The notes under the pieces: generated by a model | Databases searched by the model: none | What the model was told of the DNA's origin: nothing | Seen by the model: only the letters and a program-made list of their open reading frames with translations | DNA from: an uncultured Methanomicrobia archaeon | Lineage (GTDB): Archaea; Halobacteriota; Bog-38; Methanoflorentales; Methanoflorentaceae | Reading direction: 5' to 3' | Length of the DNA: 33,376 nucleotides | NCBI GenBank assembly: GCA_964534635.1 | Contig: CAZHSW010000086.1 | Location: 1 to 33,376 of the forward strand | Program-made: the position numbers and the translations under genes | In this document: piece by piece, positions 1-10,406 of the stretch | Layout of the letters: the number at the start of each line of letters is the position of its first letter | How positions within the stretch are numbered: position 1 is the stretch's first letter

Positions 1-216
1 TACAAAAGCTATGATAGCAAGCCAAAAAGCGCGCCCGTAGATGTTGCAAAGCAATACGATGTGAAAATCGAGGATATTGCAAAGCAGGGCGATGGCATAG
101 CTCGCATTAGTGGTTTCGTGATTTTCGTTCCGCACACCAAGATCGGCGACGAAGTTAAAATTGAAATCAAGGCTGTGAAGCGCAACTTCGCTTTTGCTGA
201 AGTGGTAGAAGAGTAA
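1..216 (+). CDS. Single TRAM-domain RNA-binding protein (cold-shock-type RNA chaperone), 5' partial
   Basis: Frame 1 translated by hand: YKSYDSKPKSAPVDVAKQYDVKIEDIAKQGDGIARISGFVIFVPHTKIGDEVKIEIKAVKRNFAFAEVVEE*. Classic APV..YDVKIEDIA.QGDGIAR..GFVIFVP..GDEV...FAFAEV pattern. Not in the ORF track. Confidence 0.93.
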   Translation, partial: YKSYDSKPKSAPVDVAKQYDVKIEDIAKQGDGIARISGFVIFVPHTKIGDEVKIEIKAVKRNFAFAEVVEE

Positions 217-325
217 TTTGGCTTGCAGGCACTTTGGAATAAACTGAATTGATGGATTAACTACATTATTGATTGAAGTTTGCGCTGCGCACCTTGACTA
301 ATATGTTGTTCTTCCATCTACCTTT

Positions 326-1231
326 TTAAACCGGTTTGGTATTCGCCGTATCACGTCTTTGCATTTCTGCTTTTGAAGCAAGCGTCTGTTTTCTCTCGCG
401 CGAAGTGTCATCCTCCTCGCCCGTATGAGAGAGGAGATGAGCCCCGCAATTGTATATCGTGGTTTTACGTGGAGTTCCGAACTCGTCAAGTGCGCTCGCA
501 GGGTCGACGGCGTAGACTGCGTCGCCCAGCATTATCATCGAAGCCAATCCGCCACTAGCTTCTACGGCTTCAACGGCGTCTCGCGCTTTCTCGCTGATTA
601 GCTCAGTATCGTACGCGAAATGTCGTGACAAGTGCATGAATTCGTCAAAAGTCGGTTTACGTAAGAGGGCTTTTAACGCAGCGGATCCAAATTTGTACGT
701 CGTAGCGATCGTTTTTTTATTTGCCAAGATTTCTTGCGTCGCTAGTGGCGCGAAAACGACGTAGGAGACTTCAAGTGGAGGCGCGGGAATTCGGTCAACT
801 CCCTTTGTCTTTCGAATCACGATGCCACCAAGTGCCTGAGCGTCAACGTCACCTACTCCGGTTTTGTTTCTAATTTCTGCCTGCTGTGCAACATTGCACA
901 GGGTATTAAAGCCCTGGTTTAATCCCCATAAGTCATTAAGGGCGAGTGCAGTGCTTAAAGCGCCAGCACCACTGGTGCCAAGTCCGCAGCTGACCGGTCC
1001 TGTCAACTCTGTCCAAATATCTGCTCGCTTCGCAGAAAGTGATGAAGCCACCGTTTTTGTGGTAGGTGCCAAAGATGGCAACCGATTGATGTATACTCGT
1101 CCTTCCCCCTCGAACGCTTCGGTCGTTGCGCCATCAGCAATAACAACACCGCACCCTATCGACGAGGCCTTTTGGGCGTTGAGCTTGATTGCAAAAAACC
1201 CAGTGATGTGAAAGGGGCAGAACGCTTTCAT
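326..1231 (-). CDS. pok: Pantoate kinase (archaeal GHMP-family)
   Basis: N-terminal FCPFHITGFF, GHMP motif PVSCGLGTSGAGAL, TGVGDVDAQALGG, SMIMLGDAVY. Overlaps the coaBC stop by 4 nt. Confidence 0.9.
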   Translation of the reverse strand: MKAFCPFHITGFFAIKLNAQKASSIGCGVVIADGATTEAFEGEGRVYINRLPSLAPTTKTVASSLSAKRADIWTELTGPVSCGLGTSGAGALSTALALNDLWGLNQGFNTLCNVAQQAEIRNKTGVGDVDAQALGGIVIRKTKGVDRIPAPPLEVSYVVFAPLATQEILANKKTIATTYKFGSAALKALLRKPTFDEFMHLSRHFAYDTELISEKARDAVEAVEASGGLASMIMLGDAVYAVDPASALDEFGTPRKTTIYNCGAHLLSHTGEEDDTSRERKQTLASKAEMQRRDTANTKPV

Positions 1232-2388
1232 TCGCGGTTCATTCGATGAACTACAGCATCAACGATCTTCACTGCTAAATACGTTTTATCGCCTTCGTAC
1301 CGTTCGACCTGCGAATTGACGATGTATATCTCGTTGTCGTCGGTGCCCATGCCACGCACCGTCACGTCGTTCGCAACGACGAGATCGACCGAGATTGAGC
1401 GTGCACACTCAACGAGCGCTTCGGGGGTGCTGTGGGTTTCGGCCTTAAAACAGACAATAAACAGGTGCGGGTACTTTTTTCGAACGACGTCAGTGAGTTT
1501 GGGCACGCTTTTGAGCTCGAGCTGCAGCGTGCCACCTGATCGAATCTTCTCACTGCGTTTGTCGACTGTAAAATCCGAGATAGCAGCTGCGTTTATGAAG
1601 ATATTATAGCCCTTTTTGAGTTCGGCAAGCACCGCTTCACACATCTCTGCTGCGCTCTCGACGTGCAACTGCTTTACGAATGACGCGTTGCCGTTATGCA
1701 CGATTGTAACGTCAGCACCTCTTCGTGCCGCTTCGTACGCGATCGCTCTGCCCATCTTGCCCGAGCTCCTCGTCGTGAGGACACGAATCGGATCCAATGC
1801 TTCCATCGTGGCCCCGCTTGTTATTAACATCTTTTTCCCTTCGAGATCCCTCTGCGACAAGAGCCGCTCGACTGTAAGCATGATTTCAGATATTTCCGCG
1901 ATCTTTGCCTTCCCTTCTTCAAAGCGAGGCCAAACGAAGTGTATTTGTCCTTTAAGGCGCGCTAGATTATCTTCGACGAGCACGTAGGAATACATCGACT
2001 CGTGCATAGCAGGGGCGATAACCACCGGCTTGCGTGACCCTAACGCTATAAGCGCACACGTCGTTACAGGGGTATCAGCGATGCCGTGTGCCACCTTGCC
2101 TATCGTATTCGCCGTGCACGGCGCAATCAAGAGTAAATCCGCTGCGCCTTGCGTCCCAAGAAAGGCGACGTGTTCCGTTTTCCCGGTAAGCTCATCGATC
2201 ACGGGATTTTGCGTCGCGTATTCCAGAGCGTTAGGATGCAGCACTTGTCGCGCTGCTGACGTCATAACGGCGTGCACTGTTGCGCCTTTACGCCTGAGCT
2301 GATGGATCAGTTTGATCGTTTCCGTTGCGGCGATACTTCCCGTCACCCCAACGATAATCGTCTTGTTTTCCAAGCTTCGTACGGTCAT
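1228..2388 (-). CDS. coaBC: Bifunctional phosphopantothenoylcysteine decarboxylase/synthetase
   Basis: GVTGSIAA, APCTANTIGK, PAMHESM, ITSGAT.E.LDPIRVLTTRSSGKMG, AAAISDF, FKAET, VVANDV motifs. Confidence 0.97.
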   Translation of the reverse strand: MTVRSLENKTIIVGVTGSIAATETIKLIHQLRRKGATVHAVMTSAARQVLHPNALEYATQNPVIDELTGKTEHVAFLGTQGAADLLLIAPCTANTIGKVAHGIADTPVTTCALIALGSRKPVVIAPAMHESMYSYVLVEDNLARLKGQIHFVWPRFEEGKAKIAEISEIMLTVERLLSQRDLEGKKMLITSGATMEALDPIRVLTTRSSGKMGRAIAYEAARRGADVTIVHNGNASFVKQLHVESAAEMCEAVLAELKKGYNIFINAAAISDFTVDKRSEKIRSGGTLQLELKSVPKLTDVVRKKYPHLFIVCFKAETHSTPEALVECARSISVDLVVANDVTVRGMGTDDNEIYIVNSQVERYEGDKTYLAVKIVDAVVHRMNRE

Positions 2389-2558
2389 ACGAAAAGATAG
2401 ACTTTGGTTAGTGTCCGTGCCTTTCGATGATTAAGTTTTGCATAGACGTTTGCGGTTCGCAGGCTCAAGCACGTTGCGTCGAAGCGCTGTCCGACAAAGA
2501 GTGACCGAAAAAACTGTCGCGGCGCCCACGCAACCGTGCAGTGCCGTGCGATCATTAA

Positions 2559-2573
2559 GCGAAATACATAATA
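2559..2573 (+). promoter_or_regulatory. Putative BRE/TATA promoter of argH (probably near-leaderless transcript)
   Basis: GCGAAATACATAATA ending about 24 nt before the argH ATG. Confidence 0.4.
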
Positions 2574-2597
2574 CTCGTCCCTTCGTGTGAGACCATA

Positions 2598-4049
2598 ATG
2601 ACGCAGAACATAATACGGAAGGGCCGACTAGCCGAACCCGATACCGACGTCTCCTTGTTTCTCTCTTCGATCAATGCGGACGAGTGGCTCTTCCGTTATG
2701 ACATCCTCGTTGACATAGCACATGTGGGCATGCTGAACAAGCAGGCGGTAATCGCGCCAACTACTTGCAGTGCGCTGAAAAGCGCGCTCCGCAAGATCCA
2801 TGAGCGAGGGTATACGCAGCTACCACGAAACCTTGATGACGTTCACGTGGCAATTGAAACGGCGCTCGTAGAAGAAATAGGAGGCGTTCGTGCAGGCTGG
2901 ATGCACGTCGGCCGGTCGAGAAACGATGAGGTCGCCGCTTGCATTCGGCTAGCAACGCGCGAAGCTCTGTTAAGCGCAATTGAGGCGGCACTACTTTTGC
3001 AGCAAACGCTTCTAGAACGCGCCGGCGACCACGTTAATACAATTATGCCCGGCTTTACACACCTCCAGCACGCCCAGCCGACGACGCTCGGCCATCATCT
3101 GCTTGCATATTACGACGCTTTGGAGCGCGACTTAAAGCGATTGGCAAGCTGCTATATGCGTACGAACCAGTCGCCACTAGGCGCCGCAGCGTTTGGTGGC
3201 ACCGGCTGGCCGCTGGATCGGGAGGCGGTTGCTTCGGCACTTGGCTTCGATGGCATAATTGAGAATTCGATGGACGCTGTAAGCACGCGCGACTTCGTCA
3301 TAGAAACGCTCGCCGCGTTGTCAAACGTAATGATCACGCTCAGTCGCATCGCTGAAGAATTGATAATTTGGACCTCCTCTGAGTTTAGTTACGCGGAGCT
3401 GGATGACCGATTTGCTTCAACAAGCTCGATCATGCCACAAAAGAAGAACCCTGACCCGCTTGAGCTGATTAGGGCCAAAACCGGATCGGTGGTGGGAGCG
3501 CTGACTTCGAGTCTGATGATTTGCAAAGCGCTTCCTTACAGCTATAATCTCGATTTGCAAGAGGTTACGCCGCACTTGCACAGTGCAATCAATGCAACGA
3601 CCGCATGCATGAAAATTGCCAGCGGAATCTTAAGTACGCTCATCGTCAATAAAGACCGGCTGAGACATATGAGCTCAGAGGGCTTCACCACAGCAACGGA
3701 ATTGGCGGATACCATCGCGCGCGTCACGGGCGTCCCGTTTCGCACCGCACACACCATCGTGGGGGAACTCACGCGAGTCGGCAAATACGATCTCGAAACG
3801 ATCGATCTTGTCGGTAAACAGCATGTCGGAAAGCGGCTATCCGGCCTTGGTTTGACTGTCGATGATGTCTCGCAAGCCTTGGACGTCAACGTCAACGTTG
3901 CTAGAAGAGGCACTAAGGGTGGGCCTGCTCCGGTTGAGGTCACGCACATGTTGAAGGCGCGACGCAGGCGATTGCGCACCCAAGAGCGGCGTCTTGCCCT
4001 GCAAAGAAACGTGATAAAAAAATTAGAGGGCGATCTGCTGCGCGATTAG
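2598..4049 (+). CDS. argH: Argininosuccinate lyase
   Basis: HVGRSRNDEV, MPGFTHLQHAQP, SSIMPQKKNPD, YNLDLQE, GVPFRTAH motifs. Confidence 0.98.
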   Translation: MTQNIIRKGRLAEPDTDVSLFLSSINADEWLFRYDILVDIAHVGMLNKQAVIAPTTCSALKSALRKIHERGYTQLPRNLDDVHVAIETALVEEIGGVRAGWMHVGRSRNDEVAACIRLATREALLSAIEAALLLQQTLLERAGDHVNTIMPGFTHLQHAQPTTLGHHLLAYYDALERDLKRLASCYMRTNQSPLGAAAFGGTGWPLDREAVASALGFDGIIENSMDAVSTRDFVIETLAALSNVMITLSRIAEELIIWTSSEFSYAELDDRFASTSSIMPQKKNPDPLELIRAKTGSVVGALTSSLMICKALPYSYNLDLQEVTPHLHSAINATTACMKIASGILSTLIVNKDRLRHMSSEGFTTATELADTIARVTGVPFRTAHTIVGELTRVGKYDLETIDLVGKQHVGKRLSGLGLTVDDVSQALDVNVNVARRGTKGGPAPVEVTHMLKARRRRLRTQERRLALQRNVIKKLEGDLLRD

Positions 4050-4061
4050 CTCTAAGAGATC

Positions 4062-5318
4062 ATGCAACACGGTGACCGCGTTAAAGTGGTGAAGAACGGG
4101 GCAGAGTTTTTTGGTATCCTTATGCCAACTACCACAGACTTCGTCGTTATTAAGCTCGACAGTGGCTATAATGTTGGCTTTGCGCCCAAAGGATTACGGA
4201 TGACGCTCGTTGAGAGTGGCGCGCCGGTTGTAGCCAAACGGCTTCCTCGGCCCTTCCGGCCCGAGCTGCCAAACCTAAGCATCATATCGACCGGTGGCAC
4301 TATCGCTAGTAAAATTGACTATCGTACGGGCGCAGTCACGAGTCAGTTCGATGCGGAAGACATAATCGACGCCATCCCCAGCTTGGCCGAATTAGCTAAC
4401 ATCAAAGGCGCTTTGCTCTACAACATCCTGAGTGAAAACATGCGAGCTGAGCTTTGGTCGGAGCTCGCCGTTCGCGTGTACGACGAAGTTCGTGAGGGCG
4501 CAGATGGAGTGCTCGTGACCCACGGGACAGATACCTTAGGGTATAGCGCTGCAGCTCTCTCTTTTATGTTGCAGGTACCCGTGCCAGTCGTTCTCGTCGG
4601 GTCGCAGCGATCTGCTGATCGACCGAGCAGCGACAACGTCGTGAATGCGACGTGTGCCGCCGTTGTAGCCACGAGCGACCTGGCAGGAGTCTTCACTGTA
4701 ATGCACGAAAACGAATCGGATGATACGTGTCTCGTCCATCGGGGAACGCGCACCAAAAAGATGCACACTTCCCGGCGTGACGCTTTTCGATCGATCGGAG
4801 CTTCGCCTGTCGCACGCGTTGACTATCAGGAGCGATCGCTACGCCTTTTAGCCGATTGTCGCCGCCGCGGAGATTGTGAAATCACGGTGCGTCCTAAGAT
4901 TGAGCCGAACTGCGCCCTCGTCAAGTTCTTTCCGGGATCAAATCCCGATGTGCTCGACTATTATGTGGCCCACGGCTGCAAGGGTCTGGTTATTGAAGGC
5001 ACTGGTCTTGGGCACGTCTCCAAAGACTGGATCCCGCACGTGCAGAGTGCAACTGCAGTTATGCCTGTCGTGATGACTTCCCAGTGCGTCTGTGGCAGCG
5101 TATGCGATAGGGTATATGACACGGGCCGTGATCTCTTGAAAGCAGGGGTGATCGAAGGCGACGACATGCTTAGTGAGACCGCGCTTGTCAAGCTTATGTG
5201 GGTGCTGGGTCAAACCTCTGATCTCGACAAGGTCCGGGCGCTGATGAAAAATGACGTCGCAGGCGAAATATCAACAGACAAAAGTAGGGCATGGGCCACA
5301 TTTGAGGAGTTGCCTTGA
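4062..5318 (+). CDS. gatD: Glu-tRNA(Gln) amidotransferase subunit D
   Basis: KLDSGYNVG, STGGTIASKIDYRTGAV, HGTDT, GSQRSADRPSSDN, KMHTSRRDAF, GTGLGH. Confidence 0.98.
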   Translation: MQHGDRVKVVKNGAEFFGILMPTTTDFVVIKLDSGYNVGFAPKGLRMTLVESGAPVVAKRLPRPFRPELPNLSIISTGGTIASKIDYRTGAVTSQFDAEDIIDAIPSLAELANIKGALLYNILSENMRAELWSELAVRVYDEVREGADGVLVTHGTDTLGYSAAALSFMLQVPVPVVLVGSQRSADRPSSDNVVNATCAAVVATSDLAGVFTVMHENESDDTCLVHRGTRTKKMHTSRRDAFRSIGASPVARVDYQERSLRLLADCRRRGDCEITVRPKIEPNCALVKFFPGSNPDVLDYYVAHGCKGLVIEGTGLGHVSKDWIPHVQSATAVMPVVMTSQCVCGSVCDRVYDTGRDLLKAGVIEGDDMLSETALVKLMWVLGQTSDLDKVRALMKNDVAGEISTDKSRAWATFEELP

Positions 5319-7213
5319 AAGACCACGACTATAAGAGGATCGGATTAAAGGCTGGATTGGAAATTCACCAACAGCTCAACACGGCGACAAAGCTCTTCTG
5401 CAGTAGTCCAGCGGAACTGAAGAGCACAGAAGACGCGACATATGAGTTTTATCGCTACCTGCGGCCCTCGAAAAGCGAACTTGGCGAAATCGACCGCGCA
5501 GCGCTAGAGGAAGGGATTGGCACCAGACGATTTACCTATAAGGCATACTCCACTACTGGCCTTGTGGAAAACGATGACGAGCCGCCGATGGAGATGAACT
5601 TCGAGGCACTCAAGGTTGCGCTGCAAATCGCGCTGCTGTTGCAGATGCATCCGTTCGAGCAGGTCCATACCATGCGCAAACTAGTTATCGACGGATCGAA
5701 TACGAGCGGGTTTCAGCGAACGGCGCTCATTGCTGTTAACGGACAAGTTTCGCTCAACAGCGGCCCCGTGCGCGTCGACACGCTTTGTCTCGAAGAAGAA
5801 GCGGCACAAATCGTCGGTAAGGATGTCTATTCTCTCGATCGACTCGGCATCCCACTTGTCGAAATAGGAACGGCACCTGACGTCCGCACTCCCAAGATGG
5901 CGAAGGAACTCGCGCTCACGATTGGGAGGCTATTACGGGCCTGTCGTGTCAAAAGAGGGCTCGGAACGATCCGTCAAGACATAAATATTTCAGTTGAAGG
6001 AGGAGCACGAGTCGAAATCAAAGGCGTACAGGCGCTAGACCTTATAGAAGACATTGTTCGTTTAGAAGTGACCAGACAGCTTAGCCTTCTCAAGATAAGA
6101 GATGTATTAAGATCTCGGCGGCCGCGTGCGGGAAGTCCAATCGAAGTCACCTCGGCCTTCGCGCACACCAGATCAAACACCCTGAAAAAAAAACACGTCT
6201 GGGGAGTGTTGCTGAAAGGATTTTCCGGTCTCTTGAGCGAAGAAGTTCAGCCTGGCCGTCGACTCGCTACTGAATTCGCAGATCGCGCAAAGAAAAAGGG
6301 TGTCGCCGGGATTTTTCACACCGATGAGCTGCCGCGTTACGGTATCACTGCACAAGAAAAAAATGCTCTCCTCGGGCTTCTTGAAGCAAAAGAAGGCGAT
6401 GCAGCGGTGATCACCGCACACGAAAGCGCAAAAACTTGTATCGAAGCGATTTATGCCGTTATAGAGCGAGCAAGTGAGTCTTGTGTAGGGGTTCCAGAAG
6501 AGACACGACGCGCTTTAGGCGACGGGTGCTCTGAATACTTGCGGCCATTGCCCGGCGCTGCGCGCATGTACCCGGAAACTGACGTCTCGCCGATAACCCT
6601 ACCGAAGGCCCTTATAGAACAAATCGGGCAACATCTGCCTGAAAGGATCGAAGAACGGGTGCAACGATACAAGCGCGACTACTTCTTGAACGACGAGTTG
6701 GCACAACAAATCGCGTGGTCGGAGAACAATTTGCTTTTTGAACAAATAATGCAGCTTTGGCAGAGCAAAGATGAAAGCGTGACTAAAGACGCTGTAAAAG
6801 ACGCTGCTCGGCTCGCCGTCAGAACGTTGGAGGGAACTATTGCAGAGCTCCGAAGGGATAACGCACCCGTTGAAGACCTGACGCCCTCTCACTTCCTTAG
6901 CGTTTTTCAACTTATCAGATCTAAAGTCATCTCCAAGGAAGGCGTCCCTGAGACGCTGCGAACCTTAGCCCAGTGTCCAACTAAGATGGCAGCGGACGCT
7001 GCAGCAGAACTAGGCTTTACCACGCTCAGCGAAAGCGAGCTCAAGATCATCGTTGACGGGATCGTGAAAGCACGGCTCGACTTCGTCAAGGCTAAGGGCG
7101 TGGCTGCGGTCGGACCTCTTATGGGCATTGTCATGAAAGAAGTTAGGGGCAAGGCAGATGGGAAACTCGTAAACGCTGTTCTTACCGCCAAGGTCCTATC
7201 TGTCCTGGAATAG
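5315..7213 (+). CDS. gatE: Glu-tRNA(Gln) amidotransferase subunit E (TTG start overlapping gatD stop)
   Basis: GLKAGLEIHQQL, MRKLVIDGSNTSGFQRT, LDRLGIPLVEIGT, VKRGLGTIRQD, RPLPGAARMYPETD. Confidence 0.98.
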   Translation: MKDHDYKRIGLKAGLEIHQQLNTATKLFCSSPAELKSTEDATYEFYRYLRPSKSELGEIDRAALEEGIGTRRFTYKAYSTTGLVENDDEPPMEMNFEALKVALQIALLLQMHPFEQVHTMRKLVIDGSNTSGFQRTALIAVNGQVSLNSGPVRVDTLCLEEEAAQIVGKDVYSLDRLGIPLVEIGTAPDVRTPKMAKELALTIGRLLRACRVKRGLGTIRQDINISVEGGARVEIKGVQALDLIEDIVRLEVTRQLSLLKIRDVLRSRRPRAGSPIEVTSAFAHTRSNTLKKKHVWGVLLKGFSGLLSEEVQPGRRLATEFADRAKKKGVAGIFHTDELPRYGITAQEKNALLGLLEAKEGDAAVITAHESAKTCIEAIYAVIERASESCVGVPEETRRALGDGCSEYLRPLPGAARMYPETDVSPITLPKALIEQIGQHLPERIEERVQRYKRDYFLNDELAQQIAWSENNLLFEQIMQLWQSKDESVTKDAVKDAARLAVRTLEGTIAELRRDNAPVEDLTPSHFLSVFQLIRSKVISKEGVPETLRTLAQCPTKMAADAAAELGFTTLSESELKIIVDGIVKARLDFVKAKGVAAVGPLMGIVMKEVRGKADGKLVNAVLTAKVLSVLE

Positions 7214-7249
7214 AGGAGAGCGATCCTCGAACGAAAATCACCCAATATC

Positions 7250-7972
7250 ATGCTAGCTGAGTCGATCGTTTACCTTGTTCTGGCTTTCATTATACTCGTG
7301 CTATTGGTGTTTGGCTTTGAGACAGTAGGTTTCAAGCTGTCTGAAGCGCTGCTGATATTTATTGGATCAACGCTGTTGTTCTTGACCTCATTTCCCTCGA
7401 TTTTAGTCTATTTTCGTGGCTCACTAGGGCTTGGCTTAATCGACATGCCGCTGAGGGTGCTGCTTTTTTATGGTTTTATAACAGTAGGGCCGAAGACTGA
7501 GCTGGCCATTGGATTTGACCTCGCTGGTTTCTTCATCCCCTTCTTTATATCGCTCAGGATGATGTTCGACCGCAGAAGTCCTTTTTTGGCTAGTCTCCTT
7601 GGAATCATCATCATCGCCGTCGTCTCATACCTCAGTTCACACTACGTGCCCGGTGAAGGCGTTGTTATTGAAAATATCTACGCCATTGCTATAGCGGCCA
7701 GCATTGTTGCGATGGCACTTTCAAAAAGACATTGGGCTGCCGTTGGCCCAATAGCCTACGTGTCGGGTTCTTTGGGCGTACTGCTAGGCGCTGATCTAAT
7801 TCGAATTAGCAAGATTATGGCCTTTCAGCCGAAAGGCTTCGCGTTTGCGTCAGTAGGCGGCGCCGGCGTTTTCGACGCGATTTTTCTTGTTGGCGTTTTG
7901 GCCGTTATCATCGACGTCATCTTCGTAGAAAACGTGCGATTGATCAGCTGGATCCACAGGCGTTTCGCCTGA
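7250..7972 (+). CDS. DUF1614-family integral membrane protein
   Basis: Multiple hydrophobic segments. AYVSGSLGVLLGADL and SVGGAGVFDAIFLVG motifs are typical of DUF1614. Confidence 0.8.
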   Translation: MLAESIVYLVLAFIILVLLVFGFETVGFKLSEALLIFIGSTLLFLTSFPSILVYFRGSLGLGLIDMPLRVLLFYGFITVGPKTELAIGFDLAGFFIPFFISLRMMFDRRSPFLASLLGIIIIAVVSYLSSHYVPGEGVVIENIYAIAIAASIVAMALSKRHWAAVGPIAYVSGSLGVLLGADLIRISKIMAFQPKGFAFASVGGAGVFDAIFLVGVLAVIIDVIFVENVRLISWIHRRFA

Positions 7973-8128
7973 ACGAAATGGCTTTCTCCTTGGGATCAGC
8001 GAAGCTATTGACCGAGCGACAGCGTGCCTGCGAAGCTTGCGCAGTTATCAAAGAAAGCGTTTTATAGTTCGCTCTATAATAAGGGACGTGAGAGATTTAC
8101 GTAAGAGATCTTCTTCGTCAATTCGAAA

Positions 8129-9625
8129 ATGAATAAGCAGATAGTAACCTTTTTCGATACGACGCTGCGCGACGGAGAGCAAACGCCTAACGTCTCGTTC
8201 ACCCAAGAACAGAAGCTGATTATCGCTAAGGCTCTTGACAAGCTAGGCGTCGACATCGTCGAAGCTGGTTTTCCGATCGCTTCTAGAGGAGAGTTCAACG
8301 CCGTCAAAAGCATCGCAGACGCGAATCTCAAGACAACTGTTTGCGGCCTCGCGCGCGTTTTAACCCCAGATATTGACGCGTGCCTAGACGCCGATGTAGA
8401 GCTCGTTCACGTTTTTGCGTCAACGTCTGACGTGCAGCTAAAGCATTCCATGAAAAAAACTCGGCAAGAAGCCTACGATCTTTCGGTCGATGCCGTTGAA
8501 TATGTTAAGGATCACGGTGTAAAGTGCCTTTTTTCTGCAATGGATGCGACCAGAACAGAGATGGAGTTCCTCCTGCGCGTGTGCGGCGGCGTGGAATCTG
8601 CCGGGGCTGACTTCATCAACATACCGGATACCGTGGGCATCATGGCACCTTCTCGCATGTTCAAGTTTGTCAAGCAGATCAGAGAAGCCGTCAAAGTCCC
8701 CATCGATGTGCACTGTCACAATGATTTCGGATTAGCAGTTGCTAACAGTCTGTCGGCGGTTGAGGCAGGTGCTAATCAAGTTCAAGTGACAGTTAACGGC
8801 ATCGGAGAGCGCGCAGGTAACGCCGACCTCGCTCAAACCGCAATGAGCCTGTCGAGCATATACGGAATAAAATTCAACATCCGGACCCAGTACTTGCTTG
8901 AGACGTCCCGACTCGTCGAACGCTTCACGAAAGTAAGTTTACCCGCAACGACCCCGATCGTCGGCGAGAACGCTTTTTCGCACGAATCGGGAATCCACTC
9001 GCGCGGGGTACTCGAACGGCCCGACACGTTTGAACCGGGAATCATGACGCCAGAAATGGTCGGTCAGCATCGACGACTTGTTGCAGGCAAGCACACCGGC
9101 AGGCATGCCGTTCGCGAAATGCTGAAAGATGCCCATTTTGACATTTCCGAAGACGAGCTCACACGCATCATAAGTCGGGTCAAGGAGATCGGAGATCAAG
9201 GCCGGCAAGTCACCGACGTTGACTTGTACACTATTGCCGAAGTCGTGACCGACGAGGTTATGAAACCAACGATACTCCTCGAGGAACTGTCCGTTATGAC
9301 AGGCAATCGCGTGACGCCGACCGCAACTGTGAAAGCGGTCGTTGACGGCAAAACAAAAATCGGAGCCCGAGTTGGTATAGGCCCGGTCGACGCCGCGATC
9401 AATGCCGTCAAAGACATTCTAGGGGAGACCGACGCACAGCTTAGAACGTTTCGAATAGACGCAATCACCGGCGGAAGCGACGCACTCGCTGACGTCGTGA
9501 TCGGCGTTGAAGATTCTCACGGGAACTTGGTAACGGCGCGTGCGGCTCGAAGTGACATTGTGATCGCGTCCGTTGAGGCAATGATTAGTGCGATCAATCG
9601 ACTTAAGGCGAAGAAAGGTGCGTAA
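8129..9625 (+). CDS. leuA: 2-isopropylmalate synthase (LeuA/CimA family, LeuA-like)
   Basis: DTTLRDGEQ, AGFPIAS, CGLAR, HCHNDFGLAVAN, GIGERAGNA, HESGIH, plus C-terminal regulatory domain (GPVDAA). The AGFP/GLAR residues favour LeuA over CimA. Confidence 0.8.
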   Translation: MNKQIVTFFDTTLRDGEQTPNVSFTQEQKLIIAKALDKLGVDIVEAGFPIASRGEFNAVKSIADANLKTTVCGLARVLTPDIDACLDADVELVHVFASTSDVQLKHSMKKTRQEAYDLSVDAVEYVKDHGVKCLFSAMDATRTEMEFLLRVCGGVESAGADFINIPDTVGIMAPSRMFKFVKQIREAVKVPIDVHCHNDFGLAVANSLSAVEAGANQVQVTVNGIGERAGNADLAQTAMSLSSIYGIKFNIRTQYLLETSRLVERFTKVSLPATTPIVGENAFSHESGIHSRGVLERPDTFEPGIMTPEMVGQHRRLVAGKHTGRHAVREMLKDAHFDISEDELTRIISRVKEIGDQGRQVTDVDLYTIAEVVTDEVMKPTILLEELSVMTGNRVTPTATVKAVVDGKTKIGARVGIGPVDAAINAVKDILGETDAQLRTFRIDAITGGSDALADVVIGVEDSHGNLVTARAARSDIVIASVEAMISAINRLKAKKGA

Positions 9626-9627
9626 TA

Positions 9628-10368
9628 TTGCGATGGCATCTAGTTGACACCCATTGCCACGTTGATGCGCCTGCTTTTGATGAGGACCGGAAGCTAGTGA
9701 TCGAACGAGCGTCTGACGCGCGCACGGCGCTCATCAATTCAGGTATTAATCTTGAATCAAATCGCGCGACCCGAGAGCTCTTGAAATTTGAAAATGTTTA
9801 CGCGTCGTATGGCTTAAGCCCTCTGCACCTGGTGGAAAAAAAAAGCGTTGAGGAATTCATTCGCCGAAATATAGATTCAGCGATCTCGATTGGCGAAGTT
9901 GGGTTGGATTTCTATCACGTAAAGGACAAAAGTCAAAGGCTGCTGCAAGAAAACGCTTTTCGTGGATTTGTTAAGCTTAGCCGCGACTTCAGCCTGCCGC
10001 TTGTCGTTCACAGCCGGGATGCCGAAGATGACGTTTTTCAATTAGTGCGCCGGGTTGACCAAGTAATATACCATTGTTATGGAGGTAGCCTTCAATTGCT
10101 CAAAGATATTGCAGAATGTGGGCACTATATCTCAATTCCCACTCGCGTGTGTCGATCAAAGCATCATCAGGAAATCGCAATGAACGCTCCACGCGATGCT
10201 GTAGTCATTGAGACCGATAGCCCGTACTTAGCTGCTCGCAAGGGCCGGAATGAACCCGCGTTTGTGTCCGATGCTATCACTGCCGTTTCTCGAATTTGGG
10301 GCTTGAAGAGGAACGATACTGCGTCTATTGTCTTAGAAAACACTCGCAAAGCTTTTAATCTTACGTAA
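9628..10368 (+). CDS. tatD: TatD-family deoxyribonuclease
   Basis: VDTHCH, IGEVGLDF, VHSRDAE, HCY, ETDSPYL, RNEP motifs. Confidence 0.95.
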   Translation: MRWHLVDTHCHVDAPAFDEDRKLVIERASDARTALINSGINLESNRATRELLKFENVYASYGLSPLHLVEKKSVEEFIRRNIDSAISIGEVGLDFYHVKDKSQRLLQENAFRGFVKLSRDFSLPLVVHSRDAEDDVFQLVRRVDQVIYHCYGGSLQLLKDIAECGHYISIPTRVCRSKHHQEIAMNAPRDAVVIETDSPYLAARKGRNEPAFVSDAITAVSRIWGLKRNDTASIVLENTRKAFNLT

Positions 10369-10376
10369 AACGCCGA

Positions 10377-10383
10377 TTTTTTT
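10377..10383 (+). terminator. Putative oligo(T) terminator after tatD
   Basis: T7 run 8 nt after the stop codon. Confidence 0.45.
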
Positions 10384-10391
10384 GCGCAAAA

Positions 10392-10406
10392 GAAAAAGAT
10401 ATATAA
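10392..10406 (+). promoter_or_regulatory. Putative BRE/TATA promoter of the NYN gene
   Basis: GAAAAAGATATATAA upstream of 10462. Confidence 0.5.

Noticed and set aside
6785-6808. 12-nt near-tandem repeat AAAGACGCTGTA/AAAGACGCTGCT in gatE
   Set aside because: Small in-frame duplication (KDAVKDAA) in a variable helical region with no evident function.
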